DNA of 64,000 nucleotides from Azolla caroliniana (GCA_043228905.1 JBHGNT010000010.1:18414001-18478000); one strand, 5' to 3'; counted from the first letter of the stretch, positions 32,311-44,799 are shown. The notes: generated by a model from the sequence alone, not told the origin. Program-made: numbers and translations.

Positions 32311-32992
32311 ACGTTAGGCCGTCTTGTGACGAGGGGACCCTTCGGGCTTGCCCATGCACCTCTCCTCCTCATAAAGGCGTACGAGCATTTTGTGCGTGTG
32401 TTTGTGTCTTTCTTGTACGTTCGACCGTCTTGTGACGAGGGGACCGTTCGGGCTTGCCCATGCACCTCTCCTCCTCATAAAGGTGTACGAGCATTTGTGT
32501 GTGTGTTTTGTGTCTTCCTTGTATGTTCGGCCGTCTTGTGACGAGGGGACCATTCGGGCTTGCCCATGCACCTCTCCTCCTCATAAAGGCGTACGAGCAT
32601 TTTGTGCATGTGTTTTGTGTCTTCCTCGTACGTTCGACGTCTTGTGACGAGGGAGCGTTCGGGCGTGCCCATGCACCTCTCCTCCTCATAAAGACGTACG
32701 GACATTCCTGTTTGTGTTATCGTCCCCTTGTGCGTTCATGTTGCGTGCTCATCTTTCTTGTACCCGTTTGGTCACTTGGCTCGTGCGGTGATCTCGGAAG
32801 GTCGACAAGTCGTGATCAACGAGAGCCACCGGCCTCACAAAACAAAGGGCAACGAGACCTTACTCGTGAAGGGGTCGGGAAGTAGTATTGTCGTAAAGCA
32901 AACCTCGGGTCTTCTCTATCCCTTGAGTACTCCCTAGTCCAAGACCCCCGTGGTCCCACCCAAGTAACACATGTGCGCAAAACTTCGCGACA
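32311..32992 (+). repeat. 3' LTR of B, right part (4 more 106-bp units plus U5)
   Basis: Continues the array and ends TTCGCGACA like position 3299. Confidence 0.92.
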
Positions 32993-34621
32993 GCAGTAGC
33001 AAGTAGGCTTCCTGCTGGAGACCGATGACGGCCTAACAACCGACTGGGCCATGGTAAAGAGAGTCTGCGGCCGTTTTGACAAACGGCGTGAGTGGGTCGA
33101 TAAAGGCTTGACGAGGGCGGGTTCTGTTGTGACAAGGATGGTCGAGGTACCCCCACCGGCGTGAAGGGAAGAGACCTGAGACTGGCTTGAGACCGTCTTG
33201 ACTTCGACCGTCATGGTCAAAGGCTCGTCCGGAGGAGCGGCTCTGGAGGAGCTGACTCAGATGGTGAGGGACCTCCAGATTGCACAAGCACTGAGGGACG
33301 GTGGCAAACAAGTCTGTGACCGAAGGCTTCCGGCTGGGAACCGGTGCTTGTGGTGCGACGCGGTCGGCCACACCCGAAAGGACTATGGGAACTTCGCCGA
33401 AGCGATAAGAGGTAACGTGGTGGACCTATGGAACGGTCGTGTGCACGCTAGCGAGACCCGAAGGGCCCTGGATCTGAATGTCGGACGAGGGGGTATGAAA
33501 CGGCTAATGGAAGATGCGGTGGCTCGCCACGCGGAGACCGTCCACTACTCGGCGTCGGCTGGAATCCGGGTCGGAAGTGATGAAGTCCGGAAGACGAAGG
33601 AAGCCGGATTCTAGCCGTTGGCACTGGAAGGCCTCGCCGACGTACGGCTGAGGAAAGAGGATTTGACCGCGCGGAAAGACGGGTCTGGGAGGCAACCGGG
33701 TGGAATGACCCGGTCGAAGAGAAGACGGGCTTCGTTGAAGCCGCTTGCCAAAACTATGAGGTTCTGGTGGAAGACAAGCGCGCGGGAAAGACCAGGGGGC
33801 TCGGATCCTCACAACGGTATGAGACCCGGTTCGGGCCGAAGCAGAATGATGTCGGTGCATCCGGCGCACCGGACAAGGCCAGGAAGGCCGATTATCGGTT
33901 GAGCACAGAGATCGAAAGAACCACGGACCTATGAAAGGTCCTGGTGGAACGGATCCTCGACAGCAAAGTGGAGTTGTCGCTGAGGGAAGTGCTCGGTATC
34001 GCCAAGAAGGAGTTCCACGACTCCATCATAGACTTGGTGAAGCGGAAAAGGGTTTCGACGGAGCCGGAGCCAGAGCCAGAGCCGGAGCCGGAGCAGCCAG
34101 TGGAGGTGCGAATGACGCACCTAGACGACATGGCTCTAGAAGACGAGTTGGCGGAGAGCCACTATTCAAGGCCATATTGGGCCAGAGCAACCACGGAGAT
34201 TCCCGTTAAGATCGGAGATGTTCAGGAGCCGGTGGTGGCGTTGGTGGACCACGGTAGAAATCAACTTGATGTCCATGGACTTCTACAAGAAGGGGAAGTG
34301 GCCGATCAACACCAAGCATGGGTGGAAAATATGGGCAACAACGCGTGCCACGGAAGAGCTGCATGGAGCCTGCCCGAATGTACGAGTGAAAATCGGCGAT
34401 GTCGAGATCGATTAGCACTTCTTCGTGCAGGAGACGTCCTCGCATCCGGTTATGCTCGGGGAACCGTACATCATGGCGGCACGGATGGAGACAAAGGTGT
34501 TGGACAACGGTTCGGCATATGCACGAGTCTAGAGCCAGGACGGGCGTCACTCGGTCTAGTTCCTGACAGTGCGACCGAACCATGAGCGTAACCGCGAGAC
34601 CCTTGGTGGCGAAACCCGAGA

Positions 34622-34687
34622 GGATTTTTAGAGAGGGCTATCAAGACGTGGGGCCGCGATAGTCCAGACACCCCGGAAAAACCCCAC
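34622..34687 (+). promoter_or_regulatory. Putative -1 frameshift signal of element A
   Basis: G GAT TTT TAG; stem GGGCTATC/GATAGTCC; loop GTGGGG pairing with CCCCAC at 34682-34687. Confidence 0.78.
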
Positions 34688-35397
34688 AAATGTACTATAG
34701 GCAAAAAGACATGTACCATAGGTAGGAAATTTTGGTTCTCCGATAGCGGAGGTTGTACGATAGCCGACGTAGTTGGCCGGTAAAAGAAGCGGGCGGAGGA
34801 GCAACTTCGGGCATGCGGAGTCCTCAGCCCTGAAGAGGAAATCAACGAAGCCGTGGAGGCGGTCTCTTTCGACAACACCTTAGGGAAGTTATAGGAGGTG
34901 TTCGGAGAAGGCCTTAATGGGGACCGGACGATTCTGGTAGGTTCGGAAAAGATGTACAAAGTCATCGCCGACTTCGGTAATGGACTCGAGTCGGATTGGA
35001 CGGCCCAAGTGGATACGAAGTACAAGACTGTGGACCGGAAGGTGAGGCCAGTTGCATCACCCTTGCCGAAGGGCAGCGAGTTACGGATAAAGGGGGTCGC
35101 GTCGGACCCAAGTTTACGAGATCTGGCCAGCATAGGACACACGTTCACCGACATAACGCTACGGGAGCTCAAGATCGGTGGGGGTGGCTTTCTACTGTCG
35201 GCGGAAGAGGACCGGTTTCAAAGAATGCTCGGGAGGCACGGGAAGGCTTTCGCATTCTCACCAGAGGAGATCGGGTGTGTAGACCCGACGGTTGTGGAAC
35301 CAATGGTGATCTTCACGGTACCGCATGTGCCTTGGAATCTCAAACCGATTCCGGTACCCAGAGCTCACATCCCGAAGCTGATGGAGCTGCTTAAACA

Positions 35398-35846
35398 TGT
35401 TACCCGGCCGACAAAGGAGCTAGAAGATGTCAAGACCAGAGTGTGAAAAGGGGAATTGTTATTTAGGAATCTGTTGTAATTATTAGTCTTAATATATTAA
35501 TATGTGGACGGACCGACCGAATCGGTATGCCGATCTGGATCCGGACCGATCCCGAATAGGTGCCGGTTGGCACCGTTTTGTACTTTGCACCGGTGACCTA
35601 TATAAAGGCCCGGTTACAATGTAGTCATCAACGGAGAGTAATATAAACCTTTTGTTTAATCATTAAGTATTGTTCACCGTTCTGTGCTTATTGTATATCT
35701 TATGCGTGTTAATGACGTATTACTAAGTAACAGATTAAGGTCCAATTAAGCGTTGTGTCATAAGTTATCTCGCCGTAACACCCTTTGGTGAAGTGTCTTG
35801 AGTGGAGACCTTGTGTTAGGCTTTTGTCCGGCCCTAAGGATTAACA
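35398..35846 (+). mobile_element. Solo LTR of a family related to D's LTR, inside A pol
   Basis: TGTTA...TAACA ends, TATATAAA, shares CCCTTTGG.GAAGTGTC and CCGATC.GGATCCG motifs with the D LTR. A near-copy starts at 63828. Flanks AAACA and AACTC do not match. Confidence 0.85.
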
Positions 35847-37040
35847 AACTCCTCTCAGCCTAGTTCGGATGTGTACCCTACCGCAAAGGGGAAGTACCGG
35901 TGGCCGGGACTATACCGGGACGTGCATCGGTTCATGACGACTTGCGAAAGTTGTCAAGTGCACTCCATAGTCCGACATCGGGACGAGCTTCACCCGACCT
36001 ACCCTCCGACCGTCCACTTCAAGTGGATGGTGGATCTGGTGACGATGTCGATGGGGGTAGGGCATATGCGGTATCTGGTGCTGGATCGGGAGGACCTGAC
36101 GAACCAGGTGGAAGGTTGAGCATTGCAAAACAAAACGACAGTGGCCGTGTGCCGATTTCTGATCGAAGAAGTGGTATGTTGGTACGGGTGCGTAGGTAAG
36201 ATTGTGGCCGACCGCGGAGAATTGGATGCGCAAGAGGGAAGAGTTGTTTGCCCGGCTAGGGATTAAACTCTCGCTCACCACAACGTACAATCCGGAGGCT
36301 AACGGGAAGGTGGAACACGGAGACGGGCCGATCGTGAAAGCGTTAGTATGGGCATGTGGAGGCCAAGTCGGGAACTGGTCGTGGCTCTTACCCTATGCAT
36401 TGTGGGTGGACCGAACTATGCACAGTTTGGTAACCGGGTTCATGCCGGCAGAGCTAATGTACGGGCAGAAGCCGATCATGCCAATAGAGCAGACAATCTC
36501 CTCATGGACCACGGTGGACTGGAAAGACGAGATGAGCCGGGAGGAGCTGTTAGCGGCACGGATTCGACAGCTAGAGGGAAGACCGGAGGACGTGGACCGA
36601 GCCGTGGAGAAGCTACGGGTGGCGAGGGTAAAGAACAAAGGACGGTTTGACTGGACTCACCGACTGAGATCGAAGAAGATCGAGGAAGGCGACTGGGTTC
36701 TAGTGTATGACAACAGCCTCGACAACCAACACAGGGCAATGCGGAAGTTTGCAAGAAGGTGGTTCGGGCCTTATGTGGTGACAAGCGCCAACAACAATGG
36801 GACCTACCATCTCGCGAAGCTCAACGGGACAAGGATGGCGATACCAATGGTGGGGAAGAGGATCAAAGCATTCAAAAAGCGGCATGAGGCTAAACCAAAC
36901 CCGGACGACCTAGATAGCTACAACGACCGGCTCGGAACGGATGACAATCCAGAAGACGAAGGATAAGCGTGGGCCAGTCTTCTCTGGCAAGAGTCTAAAT
37001 TTGGCGCATACCGGTGGATGCGCAGTTCGGTGGGGGCAGA

Positions 37041-37449
37041 TGTCGTGGAGAAAATCGTCCCTAGGCGGAAACCGAGTATAACGTGCGTAAACCGGCCCTT
37101 ACACATGGGCACAAGTTTTGTTGTATAGTACGCAGATAGGTACAAGTCGGCTGAGGTGAAATCCTAGGTAGCACGCATTCAGTAGGGAGAAAATCGAGGC
37201 GTATCCCTATCCGAAAGGACAAGGAATAAACATGATGTAACGGGTGGTAACGGCCTCCCTCCTTGGGCTATAAAAGAGAGGGAGAGGTATTGAAAAGGGG
37301 GGATCGCGTTTGGGGAGGACGAAGTGCTGCCGGACTGGAACCGAGCTCTTCTCCTCTGTCTTCCCCATAGTCATTCTGTGCAGGTTTTCGGGAGGCTGAC
37401 TCTACTCCGCGGAACGCCCGAGTGCTTCCGGTAGAGTCTCCATCTCGCG

Positions 37450-37525
<76 letters not shown>

Positions 37526-37753
37526 GCGTCGGAGCCTATCACTTGCCGGCTTGCCAATTGTAACTCCTTGATTTATATATACATATACATTCGTTCTGTC
37601 TCCATTGTTCAGAGTTAGTTGCAACTCCTGTGAATCTGTGTGTCTGTGCGCGTGTGAAGTACATCGGTAGTTTCCTTCTCATTCGGTTATTTCTCAGTCC
37701 AAGGCCCCTGTGGTCCCGCCTCGTTCTCCACGCACGAGCGTAACAACGCGACA
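37041..37753 (+). repeat. 3' LTR of element A, with an expanded (TG)n tract at about 37453-37522
   Basis: Repeat of 398-1070; preceded by GGTGGGGGCAGA. Confidence 0.93.
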
Positions 37754-38701
37754 ACGGGTCCTTTGCGGCTTCGGAAAATGTTTCCGGATCTCGGACTGTC
37801 GCCACCTTCATCATAAATGCATAAGGATATGCCATGTAGTCATTGTAATCGAATCAACCGACTACGTTCTTTTCTCGGGTGCAGCGACATGGTGCCCCTA
37901 GTGTCCTAATGCTAGGCACATCCAATCCACCATACTCATTGGCGGGTGAGTGATTCGATTCGTTTCCATCTAAGTCTTCGTACCCATGCATTTGGCCTTT
38001 TCTTTGTCCAATTTTGGACTCAACCGTGACGTGCTTTGGTCACTTGGTGGCTCCTTTGGATGGAATTAAGTCAACTGTGTACCAGGATGCCGACTCATCA
38101 AATATGACATCCCTACTCACCCGTACCTTCTTGGTAGAGGGTTTGAAGCACTTATACCCCTTTTGTTCAAGTGATTATCCCACTAGGATACACTTCTCCG
38201 ATTTTGGATTGAGCTTTTGTTGTTTTTCATCGGCAATATGTACGAAGGCGATAAAACCGAATATCCTTACGTGGGATAGATCCAACTTCTTTCCATTGAA
38301 CTTCTCGTGGGGGGTGACATCGTGCACTTTAAATGTTGTGCACCGATTCATTAGGTAGATGGTCGTGTTCGCTTCTTCCGCCCAATATGATTTTGGTAGA
38401 TGTTTCTAATGCATAATTGCCTTTATGTCGGTTCTTTCATTTGGCTACTCCATTTTGCTAAGGTGTGTGTCGACATGTGAACTCCCGCCAAATTCCTTCT
38501 TGTCGAAGGTATGTTGTGAAGGCATCAAAGAAATACTCCTTGCCGCCGTCCAATCAAAGGCATCAGACACGCCGACCGGTTGTCTTTTCGACTTCGTTTT
38601 TGAATTTTTGGAAGTGTCTGAACACTTTGCTTTTCTGCCACATAGGTAGATCTAAGTGTGCCTAGAGAAGTCGTCAATGAACGTCACATAGTATTGATAA
38701 T
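37754..38701 (-). pseudogene. Copia F integrase region and IN-RT linker
   Basis: Minus strand YYVTFIDDFSR..., KCIL.G..EQKGYKCF, AFMMKVATVRDPETFSEAAKDP, with many lesions. Confidence 0.85.
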
Positions 38702-39336
38702 TGTTGAGATATCAAGCTCAACTTAGTTTAGTCGTTTAGTCAACACGTGAAACTTAGTAGTTACCTAAATAGAATCTAGTTAGTGTGTTGACCTTAAAGC
38801 CTTAAATAGGATTTTGTACTCGAGTTGGATACATTGTAGATCCTCCACTCCCATGTTCATTTAATATAGGTGTAAAGAAGCAATGGTGATTCTTGTGTAG
38901 CGGAAGAGATGTGAGTTATGTGTGTATGTGTGAGAGAAGAGAGGAGAGGAGAGAAACACAAGATAGATAAGAGACAAGATGAAGTACTCAAGAAGAAGAA
39001 GGAGATGTATATTGACAAGTAGAATATGAGATACAAAAATAGCGTTACAAGGAGTCACAACCGACATAATATGGAGTAGGAGGGTGCTTTATATAGAGTC
39101 ACCCTCTCTCTTCATTTACTCACTACAACGTTCACTCTCTCACTAAAGCCTTGAGGAATTTGAAGTCTTACGGTCATGGAGAATGTGGAACCATTAGTTA
39201 TGTGTCATAGAATATGAATCTATGACACATAGTTTAATGTGTAGAGAGTGGTGGTGTGACTCTTGACCTTTGAGTAACCATAGATTCTCAAAAGGTGCGT
39301 TCACACGTTGCTCTATGTTGAGCTTGATTCTCAACA
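38702..39336. mobile_element. Solo LTR-like element with ~20-bp terminal inverted repeats
   Basis: Starts TGTTGAGATATCAAGCTCAAC and ends GTTGAGCTTGATTCTCAACA. TATATAAAG on the minus strand near 39090. Flanks ATAAT and ATAGG match only partly. Confidence 0.7.
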
Positions 39337-40262
39337 ATAGGACTTACACGTTTGTACCTATATTCTACTTACACATGTGCACCTTTGCACATGAGATGTA
39401 TATATACCTCATTGTGGGTGTTTGTGTATTTGATGATACTTTTTAATATACTTAATCATCCCCCATCTTGTCTCAGTGTTCATAGTGTTAACTTCCTCCC
39501 TCTCTTCCTCTCACACACATACACACACATATCATTTAATCTTCTGCTTAGCTCAACCACATAATTAGGTACTAATTAATACAAAGTTAATTACCTAATT
39601 CTTAACATGGTATCAGAGCGTGTGGTTTAGAAAATCCACTAAGCCCACCCGACTCTTCGTGATTGTGTGTTTGAGACACTGACGACAAATCCGGCTATCG
39701 GTTACCGTAGTGCCGCTACGTACCACGTGTACATGACCAAAGGAAGAAAAGCAAAAATGGAAGACACTACAATCAACATGAACACACAAATGGGTAGCTC
39801 GCTCCCTAGTGAAAAGCTAGACTGGAGCAATTATTCATATTGGGAGTACAAGATGACCCAATACCTCGTCGGCCAAGGGTATTGGAGCTACATCACTGGC
39901 GCACTCGAAAACAAACCCGACATCACAAACGCTAACTACCCAACGTGGGAGCAAGGAGCGAGTTGGGTAATGTATTGCTTGGCAACATGTGTCCATGACC
40001 ACATGCTTAGCCACATTCGGGAGGCCAAGACGCCTAAAGAAGTGTGGGCGAACTTAAAGAAAATTTTCGTTGCCAACAAGACTGCCCAAAGCTTCAACTC
40101 CGACAGAGTTTAACAACATTCGGCAAAAAGATATGTCTATGTCGGACTACACTGCCAAGATCAAGAGCATTTGCAACTCACTTGGCTCCATCAACATAGA
40201 CGTCAACGAAGACGAGATGGTTCAAGTATGCTTGGGTGGCCTCGCACAACGATTCAACTCGT
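39337..40262 (+). mobile_element. Truncated Copia G: partial LTR, iMet PBS and gag remnant
   Basis: ...TTAACA at 39607 followed by TGGTATCAGAGC. Gag MGSSLPSEKLDWSNYSYWEYKM...CLGGL is frameshifted and then breaks off. Confidence 0.85.
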
Positions 40263-43200
40263 TGAGCCTTGTGGTTTTTTTCCCCTGTTTTAGGGTTTCC
40301 ACACATCTTGGGTACTGTGTACTTTATGTTTTTGTTCGTGTTTATTTTGGGGATTGCATCATAATTGGGACATGCATAATATTTTTTTGTATTTGATGGT
40401 AGTTATGGAGTTAGAATATATCTACGAAAGTTGAAGGGAGTATTGAGTGGTAGTTTTTATTATTAGTGCAAGTCGAAATTCTTTCCTTTGTGGAGTGGTA
40501 ATCAGACTTGCATATTGACGATTCAATATGTTCCTTTATGGTGTCACAACTCAATTGTGGTATCATTAATATAATTTTGTGCCGGCCAAATGGATGTAAC
40601 TTAGTTGGTAAGGTTGTCTGGCAAAGACTATCTAAAGGCCATACATTTCATAGTGGCATCTAGTAGTAAATTAAGAAAAGATTATGGTGTAATATAGAGT
40701 TGTGAAAATTTATTGAACCTAAGGCCTATGATTAATAGTCTAACAACTTACCACTAGGGTAAGTTAATTATGATGAGGAAGAGGCTAAAATTAGCCTATG
40801 AGGCAAATCATTGCTACAAATATCTATGAGTTCATTTGAACCATGCAAATCCATGATAATGATCTTAATCTATGTGGTGGAATGATTTTGGGGATAGTTT
40901 AAAATCATGAAGTACATAACTAATGTGTATGGACTAGAGTAGTGGCGAGGGAACATTACGTCTATGGTTGGTTGGTGTAGTGGATTGAAGTTATTATGAA
41001 TTTCACCAACTGTATCTTAATGTCATGATGGGGATCAAACACGGAAATCAGTGATCTCGATGATCCAATGATGGTATGGCCCATGCATTGATCCATCTTT
41101 CCTCCTTAGGTTGTATAATGTCTCAAGAAGCTGTCAATGGGGGCATGGATCTAAGAAAGAAGTTTGTGACGCACAATTGCTATTGTACCCATGTGCTACA
41201 ATAAGATTTGATTTTGTATGTGTTTCAAGCTCGAGCAAGATTTAGTCAAATTGTCGTGGGTCATCCTTCTCCATCATCTATCAAATGGTAGTGACTTCAA
41301 CATAGAGGTTGACATACTTCTATTTGATGTGCTTGTAAGTTGGGCATCTACACAACATTTGTTCTTGATGTCTAATTCACATATTTTACAAAATCTTTCA
41401 ACTCTAAGTATGTGAGGTGTTGGTTCTATTTTAATTTCTATCGGAGTTGTCCAGTTACAATAAGTTTTGATCTTTGTAGTAGGCATACATACATACATAA
41501 TGGGGGGGATATGGTAAAAAGAAATTTGTGTTTGAAGGGTATTTTGGTAAATAGGGCTTGTAGATTTGAGTGTATAATTACTTTATACAATGTATTTTTT
41601 TGGCCATAGGGGTAGTTTGGTAAATTTGGAACTTCCATGGGCATTCTCGTAAATAGAAAAATTTCCAGGGGTATCCTAGTACTTTTCCCTAGATTCTAAT
41701 ATCCATTCACCAAGTGAGAACATGTGTATATGATGCAATGTACTTTCTAAACTTAGCACATAGTCAATCATACTATTTTCGTTGTGTTTTTTATATGACA
41801 CTCAAGACAATAACTTTTCCAAAGTGTTATCTATATGAGCATTCATGTCACCGAAGACTACAAATTTCCCCGTGGCTTTGAAATAAAAAATATGGTCTTA
41901 TAGATTACAAAAGAAGTTAGAACCTTGATAAGAAATGTAGTATCTAATTACAAAAGTGGGCGTGTCATTTGGTGTTTCTATTTTAAAGCCATATGTAACA
42001 ATTATGATCATCATTTTTTCATGATTGGCACACCCTTTTAATGAAACATACACACCCCTTCTTATCCTCTTTGTTATCTCGGTTTTTCACCATATCAATT
42101 AGTGCATATTGTAGTTTGCCCATACCTTGTTTCCTTTGAGTAAGTATCATGCTCCCAAGTTTCAACAAGAAGTATGATATTTGATTCATTGGTTAAGTCA
42201 TCTATACCAAATCATATATTCCATGGGTATCCATTGTAATTCAAAAAATAATGTCGTAGTAAATGTGAGTTAGTCACCTAGGTCATGTGTCCCAATTTGC
42301 CTACTTTCATGAACACATCTTTTTCTTTTCTTTTTTTCTTTTTTTTCCAAAAAAAAACTACTTCCATTAGTTAAGGCAATGTACATAGGATAATTTACAA
42401 CTCATATCTTACAAGCCATCTTGCATGGCAAAAGAAAACAATATGTGTAGAGGAAACAACAAAAACAACTCCAAAACACCACATCATTCGATGCGAATAG
42501 CATTACCCAAACACATACTCTCCATGTGAGCGAATCTGGGATTCATGGTATGGCGGTTTAGGCGAATTCCTTGAGGTTCTCACGATTTGGTTGGAAAGAG
42601 AGTGAAGGATGTCACTCTAGATTGGACTTCATGAACACATCTTTATCCTTATGTTGTAGTTTTTCTTCATGTACTTTACAAAACAAACATTCTAATGTGA
42701 AATAGTACAATCTTCGTCCACAAAGCCATGTGTACCTTTTAAGTACATCCAATTATTTTTTAATATGATCCTTCTCTTTACATATATAGTTGTTCATTGT
42801 GTACACAATAGGCCTTTATCCCAATTGAGAAACACCTTGTTTTCCAACTCATTGTGCCCCATGCATGTTAACATTCAATGTGTCATAATGCATACCAATG
42901 AATTCTATGATGACCTTACCAAGCGATATGGTTATTTCCTTACTCTAACTCTCTTTGATCTTATGAATGATAAAGTTTTTGGATCGCATTCGTGTTCTCT
43001 AAATTCCCAGGCATCTATATTGTCTATATTCTTTCTTTAATCATAGTGTACATAATAGGCAAGTAAAAGACAAGGTCACTACCACACAAATCAGTTCACA
43101 ACTTCATCGTGTATACATTCTTCATTTCACGCAATTAGACATGCCTCATTGTTCCATCTTTCCTCCTTCAATACTTCATTAGTTCAATCTTGTTCAAATG

Positions 43201-43976
43201 CTCATTGTTTCTAACTAAGCTTGCTCACATTCTCTAATCTCATGTTTGACATTTGCAACCATTTTCTTAAGACTATCATTCTTGACAACAATAACTTGTA
43301 GCTTCAAATCCTATCTCATGTGTGCCCTAATCTCTTCAATTTGCGTGTTTATAGTTTATGGTAAAGAAACCAAATTACTCATAAGAAATGACTCCATTTT
43401 GGTTGAATTTCTTGCATTGAGGTCAAGAATATTTTGAGGTTTTTAATGTGTAGGTCATACTTCAAAATTTTGTGAACCCATTGCAAGTATTTGCCACTAT
43501 AAGGCTAAAGCCCTCAATAAGTATAACTTATCTACTTAGATAATATCATAGATCTATTAAGTATCTACAACTCGAGACATAAGTTGTGAAGACAACTATG
43601 CCAACAAGGGACATCAAGCTCAATAAAACATTAGGACAAGCGGGAAGAGTAAACCATAATAAGACGCTTTCAACCAATGGGTACTCTAAATGTGAAAGGG
43701 CCTCGATCCCTTTGTAAAAAGCTATAAAAGTCATCCTTTAGTGACTTTTGTAACTCTCTTCTTCATTCTTGGGTTTCACCTTTCACTTAGTGTATTGAGA
43801 GCTATCTCACGCTCTTCCCTTAATCTTTTATTTGAGCTCAAGAGGAATTAGAGCGAAGAGTTAATTGGCCAAACCTTGATCACTCTACTCTTGTATTTGT
43901 GTCAACCCTCTTTAATAATAAGAAGTGGTGTGTTATTTATCTCTTCATTTTATTTTTCTATTCACTTATTTCTATT

Positions 43977-43988
43977 GAGAGAGAGAGA

Positions 43989-44064
<76 letters not shown>

Positions 44065-44183
44065 GTGTAAGTGTTAATCACGAGGGTAGTTAAACTAGTA
44101 GCTCAAGAGTGACCAACAACCACTCTTGACCGGTTCACTACCAATAGGGTATACACCAATCTGGATCCTTGGCCAATGTTATT

Positions 44184-44234
<51 letters not shown>

Positions 44235-44320
44235 TCCATTGATCTATAGACGTGTTCAAGTGTCATGCACAAGGAAATCACACAAGATCTTGTCATGGGC
44301 TTCAATTCAAGCCATAACTT

Positions 44321-44350
<30 letters not shown>
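43977..44350. repeat. Microsatellite cluster: (GA)n(GT)n, (GA)n, (GA)n
   Basis: Seen directly at about 43977-44062, 44187-44232 and 44326-44351. Confidence 0.9.
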
Positions 44351-44356
<6 letters not shown>

Positions 44357-44799
44357 TACTAATGCATTTGAGCGCCAAAAAAACCCTAAAAATGCAACAA
44401 TACCTCAAACAAAATCCTTAAAAGAACCCCTCTTGAACATAAACATGCATTTTGGATAAAACCTTAAAAACAATGCAAAAATGAAACCCGAAAAAACATT
44501 GCAAAGATGAAACCATAAGAACACAACTAAAAGGAAAACTTCAATTTTAGTAAGAACGAAGTTCCAAAGATGTGGAAAAAACAAAGCCCCAAAAAAATAG
44601 CAGAAGTAAAACCTACAAACACAACAAAAATGAAACTTTAGAAACAAAGCAAGAAGAACCAAGGGGAGAGATAGAAAGATGGATTCTATTATCATTTTCG
44701 AAGGTCAAATATGATCTATGAGACCAAAAATATTGCATTTCACGTGATATGATGTGAAAATGAGTAGCGACTCTCAATGTTCAAGAACTTTACCAATGA

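Larger units (their letters stand above)
1622..32992 (+). mobile_element. Ty3/Gypsy LTR retrotransposon B (same lineage, ~1.7 kb LTRs), degenerate
   Basis: 5' LTR 1622-3299; 3' LTR 8842-9933 plus 32311-32992, split by C. PBS at 3305; gag-pro and pol remnants. Flanks CCGA and GCAG do not form a clean TSD. Confidence 0.9.
32993..36966 (+). pseudogene. Element A gag-pro/pol remainder; most of RT and all of RH deleted
   Basis: Knuckle CLWCDAVGH, protease region, GGATTTTTAG at 34622, HVPWNLKPIP, then integrase WMVDLV...WFGPY. Confidence 0.9.
398..37753 (+). mobile_element. Ty3/Gypsy LTR retrotransposon A (tRNA-Trp-primed family), degenerate, hosting nested insertions
   Basis: LTRs 398-1070 and 37041-37753 (TGTCG...CGACA). 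4-bp TSD ACGG at 394-397 and 37754-37757. PBS at 1075. Gag/PR/RT/IN remnants in Gypsy order. Confidence 0.93.

Noticed and set aside
41520-41690. Mutator-like terminal repeat (minus strand GGGAAAAGTACTAGGATACCCC; similar motifs near 50920-50990)
   Set aside because: I could not find a partner inverted end or a TSD.
42900-43450. Possible ancient Gypsy RT trace (RKDGTMR on the minus strand)
   Set aside because: Only one short motif; too degenerate to support.
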